In this document: positions 37,984-47,498 of the stretch, in pieces
Numbering within the stretch: the stretch's first letter is position 1
How the letters are laid out: each line of letters opens with the position of its first letter
DNA from: Chromatiaceae bacterium
Lineage (GTDB): Bacteria > Pseudomonadota > Gammaproteobacteria > Chromatiales > Chromatiaceae
Direction of reading: 5' to 3'
Assembly (NCBI GenBank): GCA_003562815.1
Contig: PWTO01000182.1
Location: 7,703 to 71,702 of the forward strand
DNA: 64,000 nucleotides
The notes under the pieces: model-generated
What the model was told of the DNA's origin: nothing
Seen by the model: the letters and a program-made list of their open reading frames with translations, nothing else
Databases searched by the model: none
Translations under genes and position numbers: made by a program

Positions 37984-38494
37984 AGATGACCTCGAGATAG
38001 CGCTCGAAACCGGCGACGATCTCGGCGGTGGCCCCCTCGACATCGGTGGACTCAACACTCACCCAGTGCACGTACAGCCACTCGCCCTCCATCTCGACGG
38101 TGAGGGTGCCGGGCGTCAGGGAGATCGAGTTGGCGAGCATCAGTCGCCCCATGCGGCTTTTCAGCGTGGTGCGCACCTTCACGATACCAGGCTTGATCGG
38201 TAACGATGGGGACAAAACGATGGTGGCCAGCCTGAGGTTAGACTTCACCAGCTCCTTGAAGAACAGGCCGTAGTAGCGCAGTCCCGCGACGAACGCCTTA
38301 GGTGTGGCGCGAAATTCGGTGAAGAACGAGAGGCCACTCGGGAACAACAGCGCGATGGCCAGAGACGCCATGGCCCCGACGATGAGAACATCGACCGTCA
38401 CCCGGCCCATCAGCATGAGCCAGAACAACAAAAGGGTCGCGAACATCACCGCGACGCGTCGGATTCGCGGTATGGTTTCGCCTTTCGCTACCAT
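37976..38494 (-). CDS. MrpE/MnhE subunit (first gene of the Mrp-Mbx-like operon)
   Basis: SISLTPGTLTV motif of MnhE. GAGGGGG RBS 5 nt upstream of the ATG at 38494. Confidence 0.75.
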   Translation of the reverse strand: MVAKGETIPRIRRVAVMFATLLLFWLMLMGRVTVDVLIVGAMASLAIALLFPSGLSFFTEFRATPKAFVAGLRYYGLFFKELVKSNLRLATIVLSPSLPIKPGIVKVRTTLKSRMGRLMLANSISLTPGTLTVEMEGEWLYVHWVSVESTDVEGATAEIVAGFERYLEVIYG

Positions 38495-38627
38495 CGTGCC
38501 CCCTCTTGGGAAAACGCCAGAGGTGGAGTCAGCGCATCTCGTGCGTCGCGTCACGCCACCAACAACACTGCGCATTTTGCGTCCTGCGCTCGCTGAGCGC
38601 GATGCGATGCGTCAAGAGGTGGGTTGA

Positions 38628-39149
38628 TCAGACGCCGCCGCTGTGCACCGTCTCGTAGTAGAGCTTCTCCAAGGCTTCCTTATGCTTGGCCTCTTCGTTG
38701 GCGAGGTACTCGAAAAGTTCTTTGAAGGGCCCCGCTGGCGCGCTGTCAGCGAGCGAGCGGTAGTGCGTCATCGCGAGATGCTCGCGGCTCATGGCGTACT
38801 GCAGCACCGCTTGATCATCCGGATGCTCGCCGAGGTCGGGCGTCATCACCGCCTCGGCGAACTTGCCGTCTGTGACCGGGCGTTCCACTTCGGCCTTGAT
38901 CTGATCCTCGATGTCGTCGCGCGCCGCCAGTGCCGTGAACAGTTCGTAGTGGCCCTGCTCCTCGTTCGCCAATTCCTCGGCGAGCCAGCGGAAGTTCTTG
39001 CTAACTTTCGGGATCAGATCGGTGTAGAAGTTGCGCGCACTTTCCTCGAAAGACGTCGCGACGCTGAGCACAGCGTCTAGCGTCGTCATGGAACGGATGC
39101 GCTCGTAGCTGGACTGTTGACCCTCAAGTGGGTCGGGCGTTGCTTTCAT
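38628..39149 (-). CDS. Ferritin-like di-iron protein (rubrerythrin-family four-helix bundle)
   Basis: Two E-x-x-H motifs (NEEQGHYELF and NEEAKHKEAL) in repeated helical halves. Start uncertain (39149 or 39089). Confidence 0.65.
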   Translation of the reverse strand: MKATPDPLEGQQSSYERIRSMTTLDAVLSVATSFEESARNFYTDLIPKVSKNFRWLAEELANEEQGHYELFTALAARDDIEDQIKAEVERPVTDGKFAEAVMTPDLGEHPDDQAVLQYAMSREHLAMTHYRSLADSAPAGPFKELFEYLANEEAKHKEALEKLYYETVHSGGV

Positions 39150-39313
39150 GGAATTTGCTCATTGTGGGGAGTGGAAATTGAACGTCCACGCTCGGACGCC
39201 CAGGTCTAGCGTCAAGTTCCCCGGTCAGTCCATCATCGCGTTCAAGCATCCGATTGAGGAGTGAGGGAATGGCGCAGAACAGGGCTCGAACGAGCGACTG
39301 GACGACCGGCTTC

Positions 39314-42300
39314 ATGCTGATCCAAGCGAACTGGCTGGAGTCCCTGCGCGGATTGCTCAGCGCCTGGCTCAGGCGGCATCCGCTGCATCCGCTGGAAAAT
39401 GAGGCCATCTTGGTGCAGAGCAACGGCATCGGCCAGTGGCTGAAGCTCGCGCTGGCGGCGCTGCCCGCCGATGACCCGGCGGTGCGGGCCGACTCGGCGT
39501 CTGGAACGGCGTCCGATGCCGCAGAGGGCGGCTGCGGCATCGCCGCAGCGCTGGACATGATGCTGCCCGGGCGCTTCCTGTGGCAGGCTTACCGCGCCGT
39601 ACTCGGCGACCTGCCGGACGTCTCGGCCTACGATAAAGCGCCACTCGGCTGGCGGCTCTACCGGCTGCTCGGCGCTCTCGACGACCTCGCCGACAACAGC
39701 ACCGAGCAGCGCTGGCTCGCCCCGCTGCGCGGTTTCCTCGACGCCGATACCCACCGCGACGGGCGCGCACGCCGGCGCCACCAGCTCGCCGAGCGGCTGG
39801 CCGATCTCTACGATCAGTATCAGGTCTACCGTGCCGACTGGCTCGCCGCCTGGCAGCAGGGCGAGGATGTGCTGATTCGCCCAAACGGGGAGCGCATAGC
39901 CTTACCCGAGGACCAGCGCTGGCAATCGCTGTTGTGGCGTCGGCTGAAGCAGGACCTGAGCGGTTCGGGCGCAGGCCAAGCCGAGGCCAGCCGCGCTGAG
40001 ATCCACACCCGCTTCTTGGCGCAGGCCAAGATGCTGACCCCAGACACGCGACCGGAGGAACTGCCGCGCCGGGTCATCGTCTTCGGCATCTCCTCGCTGC
40101 CACGCCAGACCATCGAAGTGCTCGAAGCCATCGCCCCGATCGTCCAGGTCATGCTCCTGGTGAACAACCCGAGCCAACACTATTGGGGCGATATCATCGA
40201 AGGCCGCGAGCTGTTTCGCCGCACCTACCGGCGTAGCGCCGAGCGCAAAGTGCCCGACGGCCTCGATGAGCAGATGCTGCATCTGCACGGCCATCCGCTG
40301 CTCGCCGCTTGGGGCAAGCAGGGGCGCGACTACATCCGCCTGCTCGACGAGCACGACGATCGCACGCAGTACGAACAGCACTTCGCCCATCAGAGCCTCA
40401 AGATCGATCTGTTCGAATCCCCGATCGACGCAGGCACCTGCGGCAACGCCACCTTGCTGCAGCAACTGCAGGATGACATCCTGGAGCTGCGCACGCTTCA
40501 AGAGCGTCGCGCTCTGAACGCGGCGATCGACCCGCGCCGCGACCCTAGCCTAGCGTTCCAAATCGCCCACAGCCCTCAGCGCGAGATCGAGATCCTGCAG
40601 GATCAGCTGCTCGCGGCCTTCGCGGCTGCCAAGACCGTCGATGACGCATCCGCAACGCCCCCACTGTCACCGCGCGACATCCTGATCATGGTGCCGGACA
40701 TCGCCACCTATGCCCCGCACATCGAGGCCGTCTTCGGCCGACTGGCCCAGGACGACCCGCGCTATATCCCGTTCCATATCGCCGATCAGGGCGAGCGTCG
40801 GCGCAATCCGCTGCTGATCGGCCTGGAGACGCTGCTCAACCTGCCGCAGTCACGGCTGTCGACCAGCGAAGTGCTGGACTTGCTCGACATCCCGGCGCTG
40901 CGGGCGCGCTTCGGGCTCCAAGAATCAGACCTGCCACGGCTGCATCAATGGGTCGCCGGTGCCCAGATCCGCTGGGGACTCGATGCCGCGCAGCGCGCTG
41001 GCCTCGGCCTGCCCGCCGACCTGGAGCAGAACAGCTGGCGATTCGGCCTCGAGCGCATGCTGCTCGGCTTCGCCACCGGCGACAGCGGCCCTTGGCGGGA
41101 CGTGGAGCCCTACGCCGAGGTCGGGGGGCTCGAATCGGCCCTGGTCGGACGCCTCGACGCCCTGCTAGAGACGCTCGTCCACTATTGGAACCTGCTCCAA
41201 GAACCGCGCTCGGCCAAGGCCTGGGCGGTTCTCGTCGCAGGCTTGCTCGAGGACGGCTTCAGCGCCGAGAGCGAGAGCGAGGAGCTGACGCTGGCCAGCC
41301 TGCGCGAAACCCTGGAGCAGTGGCAGCAGGAGAGCGCCCGCGCAGGACTGGGCGACGAACCGCTGCCGCTGGAGGTGGTGCGCCGCTCGCTGCTCGCGCG
41401 ACTCGATGAGCCGACCTTGAGCCAGCGCTTTCTTGACGGCAGCGTGAACTTTGCCACCCTGATGCCAATGCGCGCGATCCCGTTCCGCCAGATCTGGCTG
41501 CTTGGCATGAACGACGGCGACTACCCGCGCAGCCGCCGCCCGGCCGATTTCGATCTGATGGCCAATGATTACCGTCCCGGTGACCGTTCGCGGCGCGAAG
41601 ACGATCGCTATCTGTTCCTGGAAGCGCTGCTCTCGGCGCGCGAGCGGCTTGTCATTAGCTGGATTGGTCGCAGCCTGCGCGACAACAGCTCGCGACCGCC
41701 CTCGGTGCTGGTCGGACAGCTGCGCGATCATCTGGCCGCTGGCTGGCAGTTGGCGGCGGCAGCGGATGAGGCGGCGAATGCGCATGCAACAGCGAATGCA
41801 GCAAAGCAGCGCCACGCAGGTGCAACCAACGCGGGCGCTGCCGATACCTCCGGCCAGGCGCTCGTCACAGCGCTCACCGCCGCGCATCCGCTGCAGCCCT
41901 TCAGCCGGCGCTATTTCGAGCCCGGGCGCGATCCGCGCCTCTTCACCTACGCCCACGAATGGCGTGCGTTGCACCGCGCGACCGCAGAGCCCGCAGAGCC
42001 TACAGACCCGGCAGCCGCTTCCCAGAGCACGACGTCTGCTTCCACCCCGACATCGCGGCCAGCGCCGAAACGGGAACAGCCGCCGCGACTGCCTCCCCCC
42101 CGCTTCGATGGCCCGATCCCACTGGCCACGCTCGGGCGCTTTCTGCGCTATCCGGTGCGCACCTTCTATACCCAACGCCTGCAGGCCGCTCTGGAGCGCG
42201 AGGTCGCGCAGAGCGAGGATGTCGAGCCTTTCGCGATCGATGCGCTCAGCGGCTGGGGATTACGCCAGCAGGTCATCGATGCGGTCGCACGGCAGTGGGT

Positions 42301-43072
42301 ACAGACCCCGGAGCGCACCCTTGAGGACAGCCTCGAACGGGCCATTGGAGGCCTGGCGCGCGCCGGCCAACTACCGCTGAAGCCCTTCGATGCCCCTTGG
42401 GTCGAGCAACTGACAGCGGAGCTGACCGCCCCGCTGGCGCGCTACCAACAGCTGCTTGCGGCGCATCCGCAGTCGCTGCCGAACCAGCGCGTGCACCTTG
42501 AGCAAGAAGGGTTGGTGTTGGAGGATCGCCTGACTGGCCTGCGCGCGGCGGCCGATGGCGAACGCCTGCGCCTGACCCTGCAGGCCAGTGAGTTGGTCAA
42601 GGATCGACGGCTCAAGTGGTACCACCTGGTGCGCCCCTGGCCCGCGCATCTGGCCGCCCAGTGCGAAGCGCCAACCACCAGTTGGCTGATCGGCCCGGGC
42701 AGCATCGCGATCCTGGCCCCGCTCGCGCCGGATGAGGCGCAAGCGCATCTGCGCGCGTTGCTGCGGGGCTATGTCGAAGGGCTGACTCGGTTGCTGCCGC
42801 TGGCCTGCAAAACCGCCTTCGCCGCGCTCGCAAAGGATGCAGGCGATCGGCGTGCGAACCCGGCGGAAACCTATGAAGGAGGCTTCAACCGCAGCGGCGA
42901 GTGCGACGACCATCCCGGCTATCGGCGCTATTGGCCCGACTACGCCGCATTGAGCGTCGACTCGGGCTTGGGCTCAGACTCAGGTGCGGACTCACATCGA
43001 GGCTTTCGGCCCCTGATCGAGCAGATCTACGCACCGCTATTTGCCCAGACGCCGACGCTGGAGGAACTCTGA
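39314..43072 (+). CDS. recC: Exodeoxyribonuclease V gamma subunit RecC
   Basis: ~1250 aa, immediately upstream of and 1 nt from recB. Overall RecC-like architecture. Start chosen at MLIQANWLESL. Confidence 0.85.
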   Translation: MLIQANWLESLRGLLSAWLRRHPLHPLENEAILVQSNGIGQWLKLALAALPADDPAVRADSASGTASDAAEGGCGIAAALDMMLPGRFLWQAYRAVLGDLPDVSAYDKAPLGWRLYRLLGALDDLADNSTEQRWLAPLRGFLDADTHRDGRARRRHQLAERLADLYDQYQVYRADWLAAWQQGEDVLIRPNGERIALPEDQRWQSLLWRRLKQDLSGSGAGQAEASRAEIHTRFLAQAKMLTPDTRPEELPRRVIVFGISSLPRQTIEVLEAIAPIVQVMLLVNNPSQHYWGDIIEGRELFRRTYRRSAERKVPDGLDEQMLHLHGHPLLAAWGKQGRDYIRLLDEHDDRTQYEQHFAHQSLKIDLFESPIDAGTCGNATLLQQLQDDILELRTLQERRALNAAIDPRRDPSLAFQIAHSPQREIEILQDQLLAAFAAAKTVDDASATPPLSPRDILIMVPDIATYAPHIEAVFGRLAQDDPRYIPFHIADQGERRRNPLLIGLETLLNLPQSRLSTSEVLDLLDIPALRARFGLQESDLPRLHQWVAGAQIRWGLDAAQRAGLGLPADLEQNSWRFGLERMLLGFATGDSGPWRDVEPYAEVGGLESALVGRLDALLETLVHYWNLLQEPRSAKAWAVLVAGLLEDGFSAESESEELTLASLRETLEQWQQESARAGLGDEPLPLEVVRRSLLARLDEPTLSQRFLDGSVNFATLMPMRAIPFRQIWLLGMNDGDYPRSRRPADFDLMANDYRPGDRSRREDDRYLFLEALLSARERLVISWIGRSLRDNSSRPPSVLVGQLRDHLAAGWQLAAAADEAANAHATANAAKQRHAGATNAGAADTSGQALVTALTAAHPLQPFSRRYFEPGRDPRLFTYAHEWRALHRATAEPAEPTDPAAASQSTTSASTPTSRPAPKREQPPRLPPPRFDGPIPLATLGRFLRYPVRTFYTQRLQAALEREVAQSEDVEPFAIDALSGWGLRQQVIDAVARQWVQTPERTLEDSLERAIGGLARAGQLPLKPFDAPWVEQLTAELTAPLARYQQLLAAHPQSLPNQRVHLEQEGLVLEDRLTGLRAAADGERLRLTLQASELVKDRRLKWYHLVRPWPAHLAAQCEAPTTSWLIGPGSIAILAPLAPDEAQAHLRALLRGYVEGLTRLLPLACKTAFAALAKDAGDRRANPAETYEGGFNRSGECDDHPGYRRYWPDYAALSVDSGLGSDSGADSHRGFRPLIEQIYAPLFAQTPTLEEL

Positions 43073-43073
43073 C

Positions 43074-46000
43074 ATGGACACGACCACAGCCGCCGATCAG
43101 GCGCTGGAGCCACTCGACTTTCCGCTGCACGGTAGCCGACTGATCGAGGCCAGCGCAGGCACCGGCAAGACCTTTACCCTGGCGCTGCTCTACATCCGCT
43201 TGGTGCTCGGCCATGGCGATCGGGGCAAGGCGTCGGACACGGCGCTGATGCCTCCCAACATCCTGGTGGTCACCTTCACCGATGCGGCGACCAAGGAGCT
43301 GCGCGAGCGCATTCGCGCGCGCCTGGTGGAAGCTGCCGCGCTGTTCGACGAGCCGGCGACAACCGCCCGCTCGGCAACGGCTGCCCGCAGCCCCAACGGC
43401 GTCCTGGACGATGACCCACTGCGGACGCTGCGCGCCGACTATCCGCCTGCGGCCTGGCCTGGCTGTGCGCGACGGCTGCGTCAAGCGGCAGAATGGATGG
43501 ACGAGTCATCGATCGCCACGATCCATGGCTGGTGTCAGCGCATGCTGCAGGAACACGCCTTCGCCACCCGCGGGCTGTTCCAGCGCGAGCTGGTCACCGA
43601 TCAGACGGAGCTGATCCTGGAGATCCTCCGCGACTACTGGCGCAGGCACTTCTACGCCCTCGATCCCGAGGATGCCCGCCACATCAATGAGGTCGTCGCC
43701 TCGCCCGAGGCGCTGTGGAAAAAGCTCGACGCCTGGCTCAGTCGCCGCGATGCCGGCCTCTGCTACCAAGGCGTACCAGTGCGCTGCGACAGTCTCGCCG
43801 AGCCACTGGCCGCGCACCGCCAATGGCTGGCCCAAGGGCCAGCGAAAGCCGCGGCCCCCGAGCCCACGCTAGAGGCTTGCCTGCTCGCGCATGCCAAGAC
43901 CTGGGTCGCGCGCGAATTGCCGCAGCGCTTGAACCTGCGCGCCGAGATGGGGTTCGATGAGTTATTGCGCGATCTCGACGCCGCGCTCACACCGAACGCT
44001 CCGACGCCCGAGTCACAGGCCCAAGCGAGGGCTCTGGCCGCGATCATCCGCCAGCAGTTCCCGGTCGCGCTGATCGATGAATTTCAGGATACCGACCCGA
44101 TCCAGTACCGGATCTTCGATGCTGTCTACGACGTCGCCAAGAACGATCCCAACACCGCACTGGTGATGATCGGCGATCCGAAGCAGGCCATCTATGGCTT
44201 TCGTGGCGCCGATATTCATACCTATCTGGCCGCGCGTCGTGCCACCGTGGGGCGCCATTACACGCTCAACATCAATTTCCGCTCGACCGGGTCTCTGGTC
44301 GAGGCCTGCAATCGGTTCTTTGGCCATGCCGAGACACAGCCGCGCAAGGCGTTTCGCTTCGCCATCGACCTGCTCGCCGAGAATCCGATTCCGTACACCA
44401 ACGTCAACGCCAAGGGCCGACAAGAGCAACTCCGCATCAATGGCACGAGCGCTGCGGCCATGACCTTCTGGCGGCTCGATGGCCATCCGGACGTGGTCAA
44501 TCCCGAGGGCTATCGGGCGTCCATGGCTGCCGCAGCGGCTGCCGAGGTCGCGCGCTGGCTCGAACAGGCACAGGCGGGCCAGACCGGCTTTTGCGAACCC
44601 GGCACGGCGAAAACGCTCACGCCGCTGCAACCGAAAGACATCGCCATCCTGGTGAAAGACCGCAAGGAAGCCACCGCGATGCGCGAAGCGCTCGCCGCGC
44701 TCAAGATCAACAGCGTCTACCTGTCCGACCGCGACTCGGTGTTCGAGACCGAGGAGGCGCGCGACCTGCTGCATTGGCTGCGCGCCTGCGCCTCACCGAC
44801 CGACGAGGGCCTGGTGCGCGCCGCACTGGCGACCAATACCCTGGCCCTGCCACTGGAGACGTTCGCCCACTGGCAGCAGGACGAGCTGCAATGGGAGGCC
44901 CGAGTCGAGCGCTTCGGCGAATACCGCCGCCTCTGGCAACGCCAGGGCGTGCTGGCGATGCTGCGCCGACTGATGCACGAGTATGCGCTGCCGGCCCGTT
45001 TGCTGGCTCGGCCCCAGGGCGAGCGCACCCTGACCAACCTGCTGCATCTGGCGGAATGGCTGCAGCAGTCGGCCACCGCGCTGGACGGCGAGCAGGCGTT
45101 GATCCGGCACCTGTCGGAGCATCTGGACTGCCGTGGCGAGGAGTTCGTGGTCCGGCTCGAGAGCGATGCCGAGCTGATCCAGGTGGTCACCATCCACAAG
45201 TCCAAGGGCTTGGAATATCCGCTGGTGCTGCTGCCGTTCATCTGCAGTTGGCGCGAGGTCGATGGCCGGATCAAGCAGGTGCTCTATCACGCCACCGAGC
45301 CGGGCGAGAGGCTCGAGCGCTGGCTCGAGATCGCCGGCAAAAACGCCTTCGGCAAGGCCTGGAAAGCGGCTGACGACGAACGCCTGAGCGAAGACATGCG
45401 TCTGCTCTATGTTGCCGTCACCCGCGCCCGGCATGCGGTCTGGCTCGGCATTGCGCCGCTGAAAAGTGGCAACTCCAAAACGCCGCAGTTGGAAAAATCC
45501 GCCATCGGTCATGTGCTGAATGGGGGCAAAAAGCTGGCCTCCGCCGACGCCCTCTGGAGCGCCCTGGAACGGCTCCGGGGCGACTGCGACGCCCTCTGTG
45601 TGCGCGCCGCGCCGAGCGCGCGCATGCGGGCACTCGCCGCCGCGCCCGACACGGCACTGGAACCGGCACGCGTGCCTAAACATGGCCAGTTTCAGCGGTG
45701 GTGGATCGCCAGTTACTCGGCGCTGCGCCTGCAGAGGGCTGGGCAGGGGACTGGGCTCTGGCATGAGCGCCCAACAGCGACAGAGGCCGCCTCACCGCAG
45801 GCGCTGTCCGCCGAGACGGCGGCTCAGGAGACGGCACTTGAGGAAGCCGGGCTCGACCCGCGATCGGCTGCAGCGTCGGAAGATCTCGCAACGCTGCATA
45901 CGCTGCCGCGCGGCAGCCGCTATGGCACCTTTCTGCATGGGCTGCTCGAATGGGCCGCCGTGCAGCAGGGACTGGACGCTGAGGGCCAGCGTCAACGCGG

Positions 46001-46703
46001 TTATGCCGCCGCGCTCGGCAGCGCCCACTTGCGCCGCGACATGCTTGCGCGTCGTTGCAGCCTGCGCGGCCTTGAGAACTGGATCGATGCGCTCGATCGC
46101 TGGCTTGTGCACATTCTGACGCGCGAGTGGCGCCTGACGGGGCTCGAGAACGCGACTGGGCAAACAGCGCAACTGCGGCTGGGGGACTTGGCGCCGCGCC
46201 AGCGGCAGGTGGAGATGGAGTTCTGGATCGAGAGCAGCCAGGTCGATACGCGCACCCTGGATCTGCTGGTCCAGCGCCATTGCCTGCCCGGCCAGTCGCG
46301 ACCAGCGCTGCGTGCGGATCGTTTGAACGGCCTGCTCAAGGGCTTCATCGACCTGGTGTTCGAGCACGCGGGGCGCTATTACGTGCTCGACTGGAAATCC
46401 AACTGGCTCGGCCCGGACGATGGCGCCTATACGGACCAGGCGATGTGCACGGCCATGCTCGCGCATCGCTACGACCTGCAATACAGCCTCTATCTGCTCG
46501 CGCTGCACCGGCAACTGCGCGCGCGCCTGCCCGATTATGACTACGAGCGCGATGTCGGTGGCGCGCTCTACGTCTTCCTGCGCGGCAGCGACGCGGCGAG
46601 CCAGGGGCTGTTCACCGACAAGCCGCCCAGAGCGCTGATCGAGGGCCTCGATCGGCTGTTTGCCGGTGTCCCCCTGCCAAACGGCGATCGCCATGCCGCG
46701 TGA
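43074..46703 (+). CDS. recB: Exodeoxyribonuclease V beta subunit RecB (UvrD-like helicase plus PD-(D/E)xK nuclease)
   Basis: EASAGTGKT Walker A, LIDEFQDTD, GDPKQAIYGFRGA, VTIHKSKGLEYP and YVAVTRA helicase motifs. C-terminal nuclease GFIDLVF...YYVLDWKSN. Confidence 0.93.
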   Translation: MDTTTAADQALEPLDFPLHGSRLIEASAGTGKTFTLALLYIRLVLGHGDRGKASDTALMPPNILVVTFTDAATKELRERIRARLVEAAALFDEPATTARSATAARSPNGVLDDDPLRTLRADYPPAAWPGCARRLRQAAEWMDESSIATIHGWCQRMLQEHAFATRGLFQRELVTDQTELILEILRDYWRRHFYALDPEDARHINEVVASPEALWKKLDAWLSRRDAGLCYQGVPVRCDSLAEPLAAHRQWLAQGPAKAAAPEPTLEACLLAHAKTWVARELPQRLNLRAEMGFDELLRDLDAALTPNAPTPESQAQARALAAIIRQQFPVALIDEFQDTDPIQYRIFDAVYDVAKNDPNTALVMIGDPKQAIYGFRGADIHTYLAARRATVGRHYTLNINFRSTGSLVEACNRFFGHAETQPRKAFRFAIDLLAENPIPYTNVNAKGRQEQLRINGTSAAAMTFWRLDGHPDVVNPEGYRASMAAAAAAEVARWLEQAQAGQTGFCEPGTAKTLTPLQPKDIAILVKDRKEATAMREALAALKINSVYLSDRDSVFETEEARDLLHWLRACASPTDEGLVRAALATNTLALPLETFAHWQQDELQWEARVERFGEYRRLWQRQGVLAMLRRLMHEYALPARLLARPQGERTLTNLLHLAEWLQQSATALDGEQALIRHLSEHLDCRGEEFVVRLESDAELIQVVTIHKSKGLEYPLVLLPFICSWREVDGRIKQVLYHATEPGERLERWLEIAGKNAFGKAWKAADDERLSEDMRLLYVAVTRARHAVWLGIAPLKSGNSKTPQLEKSAIGHVLNGGKKLASADALWSALERLRGDCDALCVRAAPSARMRALAAAPDTALEPARVPKHGQFQRWWIASYSALRLQRAGQGTGLWHERPTATEAASPQALSAETAAQETALEEAGLDPRSAAASEDLATLHTLPRGSRYGTFLHGLLEWAAVQQGLDAEGQRQRGYAAALGSAHLRRDMLARRCSLRGLENWIDALDRWLVHILTREWRLTGLENATGQTAQLRLGDLAPRQRQVEMEFWIESSQVDTRTLDLLVQRHCLPGQSRPALRADRLNGLLKGFIDLVFEHAGRYYVLDWKSNWLGPDDGAYTDQAMCTAMLAHRYDLQYSLYLLALHRQLRARLPDYDYERDVGGALYVFLRGSDAASQGLFTDKPPRALIEGLDRLFAGVPLPNGDRHAA

Positions 46704-46832
46704 CGATCGATCGGCCTTCAGCCGATGCGCCCCGCAGTCGCTGATGTAGACTCCACACACGAACGTTTTTCACGCTATTCTCAGAGAACGCGAAACTCGA
46801 TCCCGAGCTTATCCAGCCGAGGTAACTCCACG

Positions 46833-47498
46833 ATGCGCGATCTGCTGCAATCCGCCCTCACAGCCATCCCCGAGGACTTCTTCCACCGGCTCGAGGAGCG
46901 GATGACGCTCTGCACTGCGAGCGCCTACGAACAGGCCGCGCGCACGCCACCGGAGACGCCCGCGCATCGCATGCGCCTGGGCACCACGCGCTACTTCGAG
47001 CGCGGCGAGGCGTTTCGTCTCAGCGCCGAGGATGTCGGCATGCGCTACCGTTACGAGCAGGTCAACACGCACGCCTTCGTGCTGGCCGCGAGCGGGCACT
47101 TCCTCATCACCCATGCCAAGATCGACCACTGGGGCGACCCGATCGAACAGAAGGAGTACAAGCAGGCCCTGGCGCTCCATAATCCCAGCGACAGCGAACC
47201 ACTGCCGTTGCCGCCCACGGCCGACCCTGCAAACCCGTTTCTCGGCATCGTCGTCGTGCTCTACGCGCGCCCCGGCACCGGGCAGGACGAGACCCTGCCG
47301 ATGCGCCTCGGCTTCGGCATCCCCACGCGCGATCTCAGGGGCTGGCACCTGCTCAAGACCCTCGATCAGCTGTTCGCCGCCTATGCCGATCTGCATCAGC
47401 GACCGCTCGATCGCGCCCGACCCCAGCTCAGAGCGCAACAGGAGCAGGCCGAGTACGCCGACCGAACCGCCGCCCGCTCACGTCTCCACCATGGGTAA
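46833..47498 (+). CDS. Hypothetical protein (221 aa) occupying the position normally held by recD
   Basis: ORF with a GAGGT RBS about 9 nt upstream of the ATG at 46833. No helicase P-loop and no recognisable motif. Confidence 0.45.
   Translation: MRDLLQSALTAIPEDFFHRLEERMTLCTASAYEQAARTPPETPAHRMRLGTTRYFERGEAFRLSAEDVGMRYRYEQVNTHAFVLAASGHFLITHAKIDHWGDPIEQKEYKQALALHNPSDSEPLPLPPTADPANPFLGIVVVLYARPGTGQDETLPMRLGFGIPTRDLRGWHLLKTLDQLFAAYADLHQRPLDRARPQLRAQQEQAEYADRTAARSRLHHG

Noticed and set aside
27735-38494. Calling the operon NADH:quinone oxidoreductase (nuo) or a plain Mrp Na+/H+ antiporter
   Set aside because: It has no nuoA/E/F/G/J homologues, so it is not nuo. The presence of NuoB/C/D/H/I homologues rules out a stand-alone Mrp antiporter.
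41165-42175. 336-aa minus-strand ORF, with others at 39902-40501, 44013-44774, 44793-45764 and 45792-46760
   Set aside because: Antisense to recC/recB, with no motifs. The sense frames carry full helicase and nuclease signatures.
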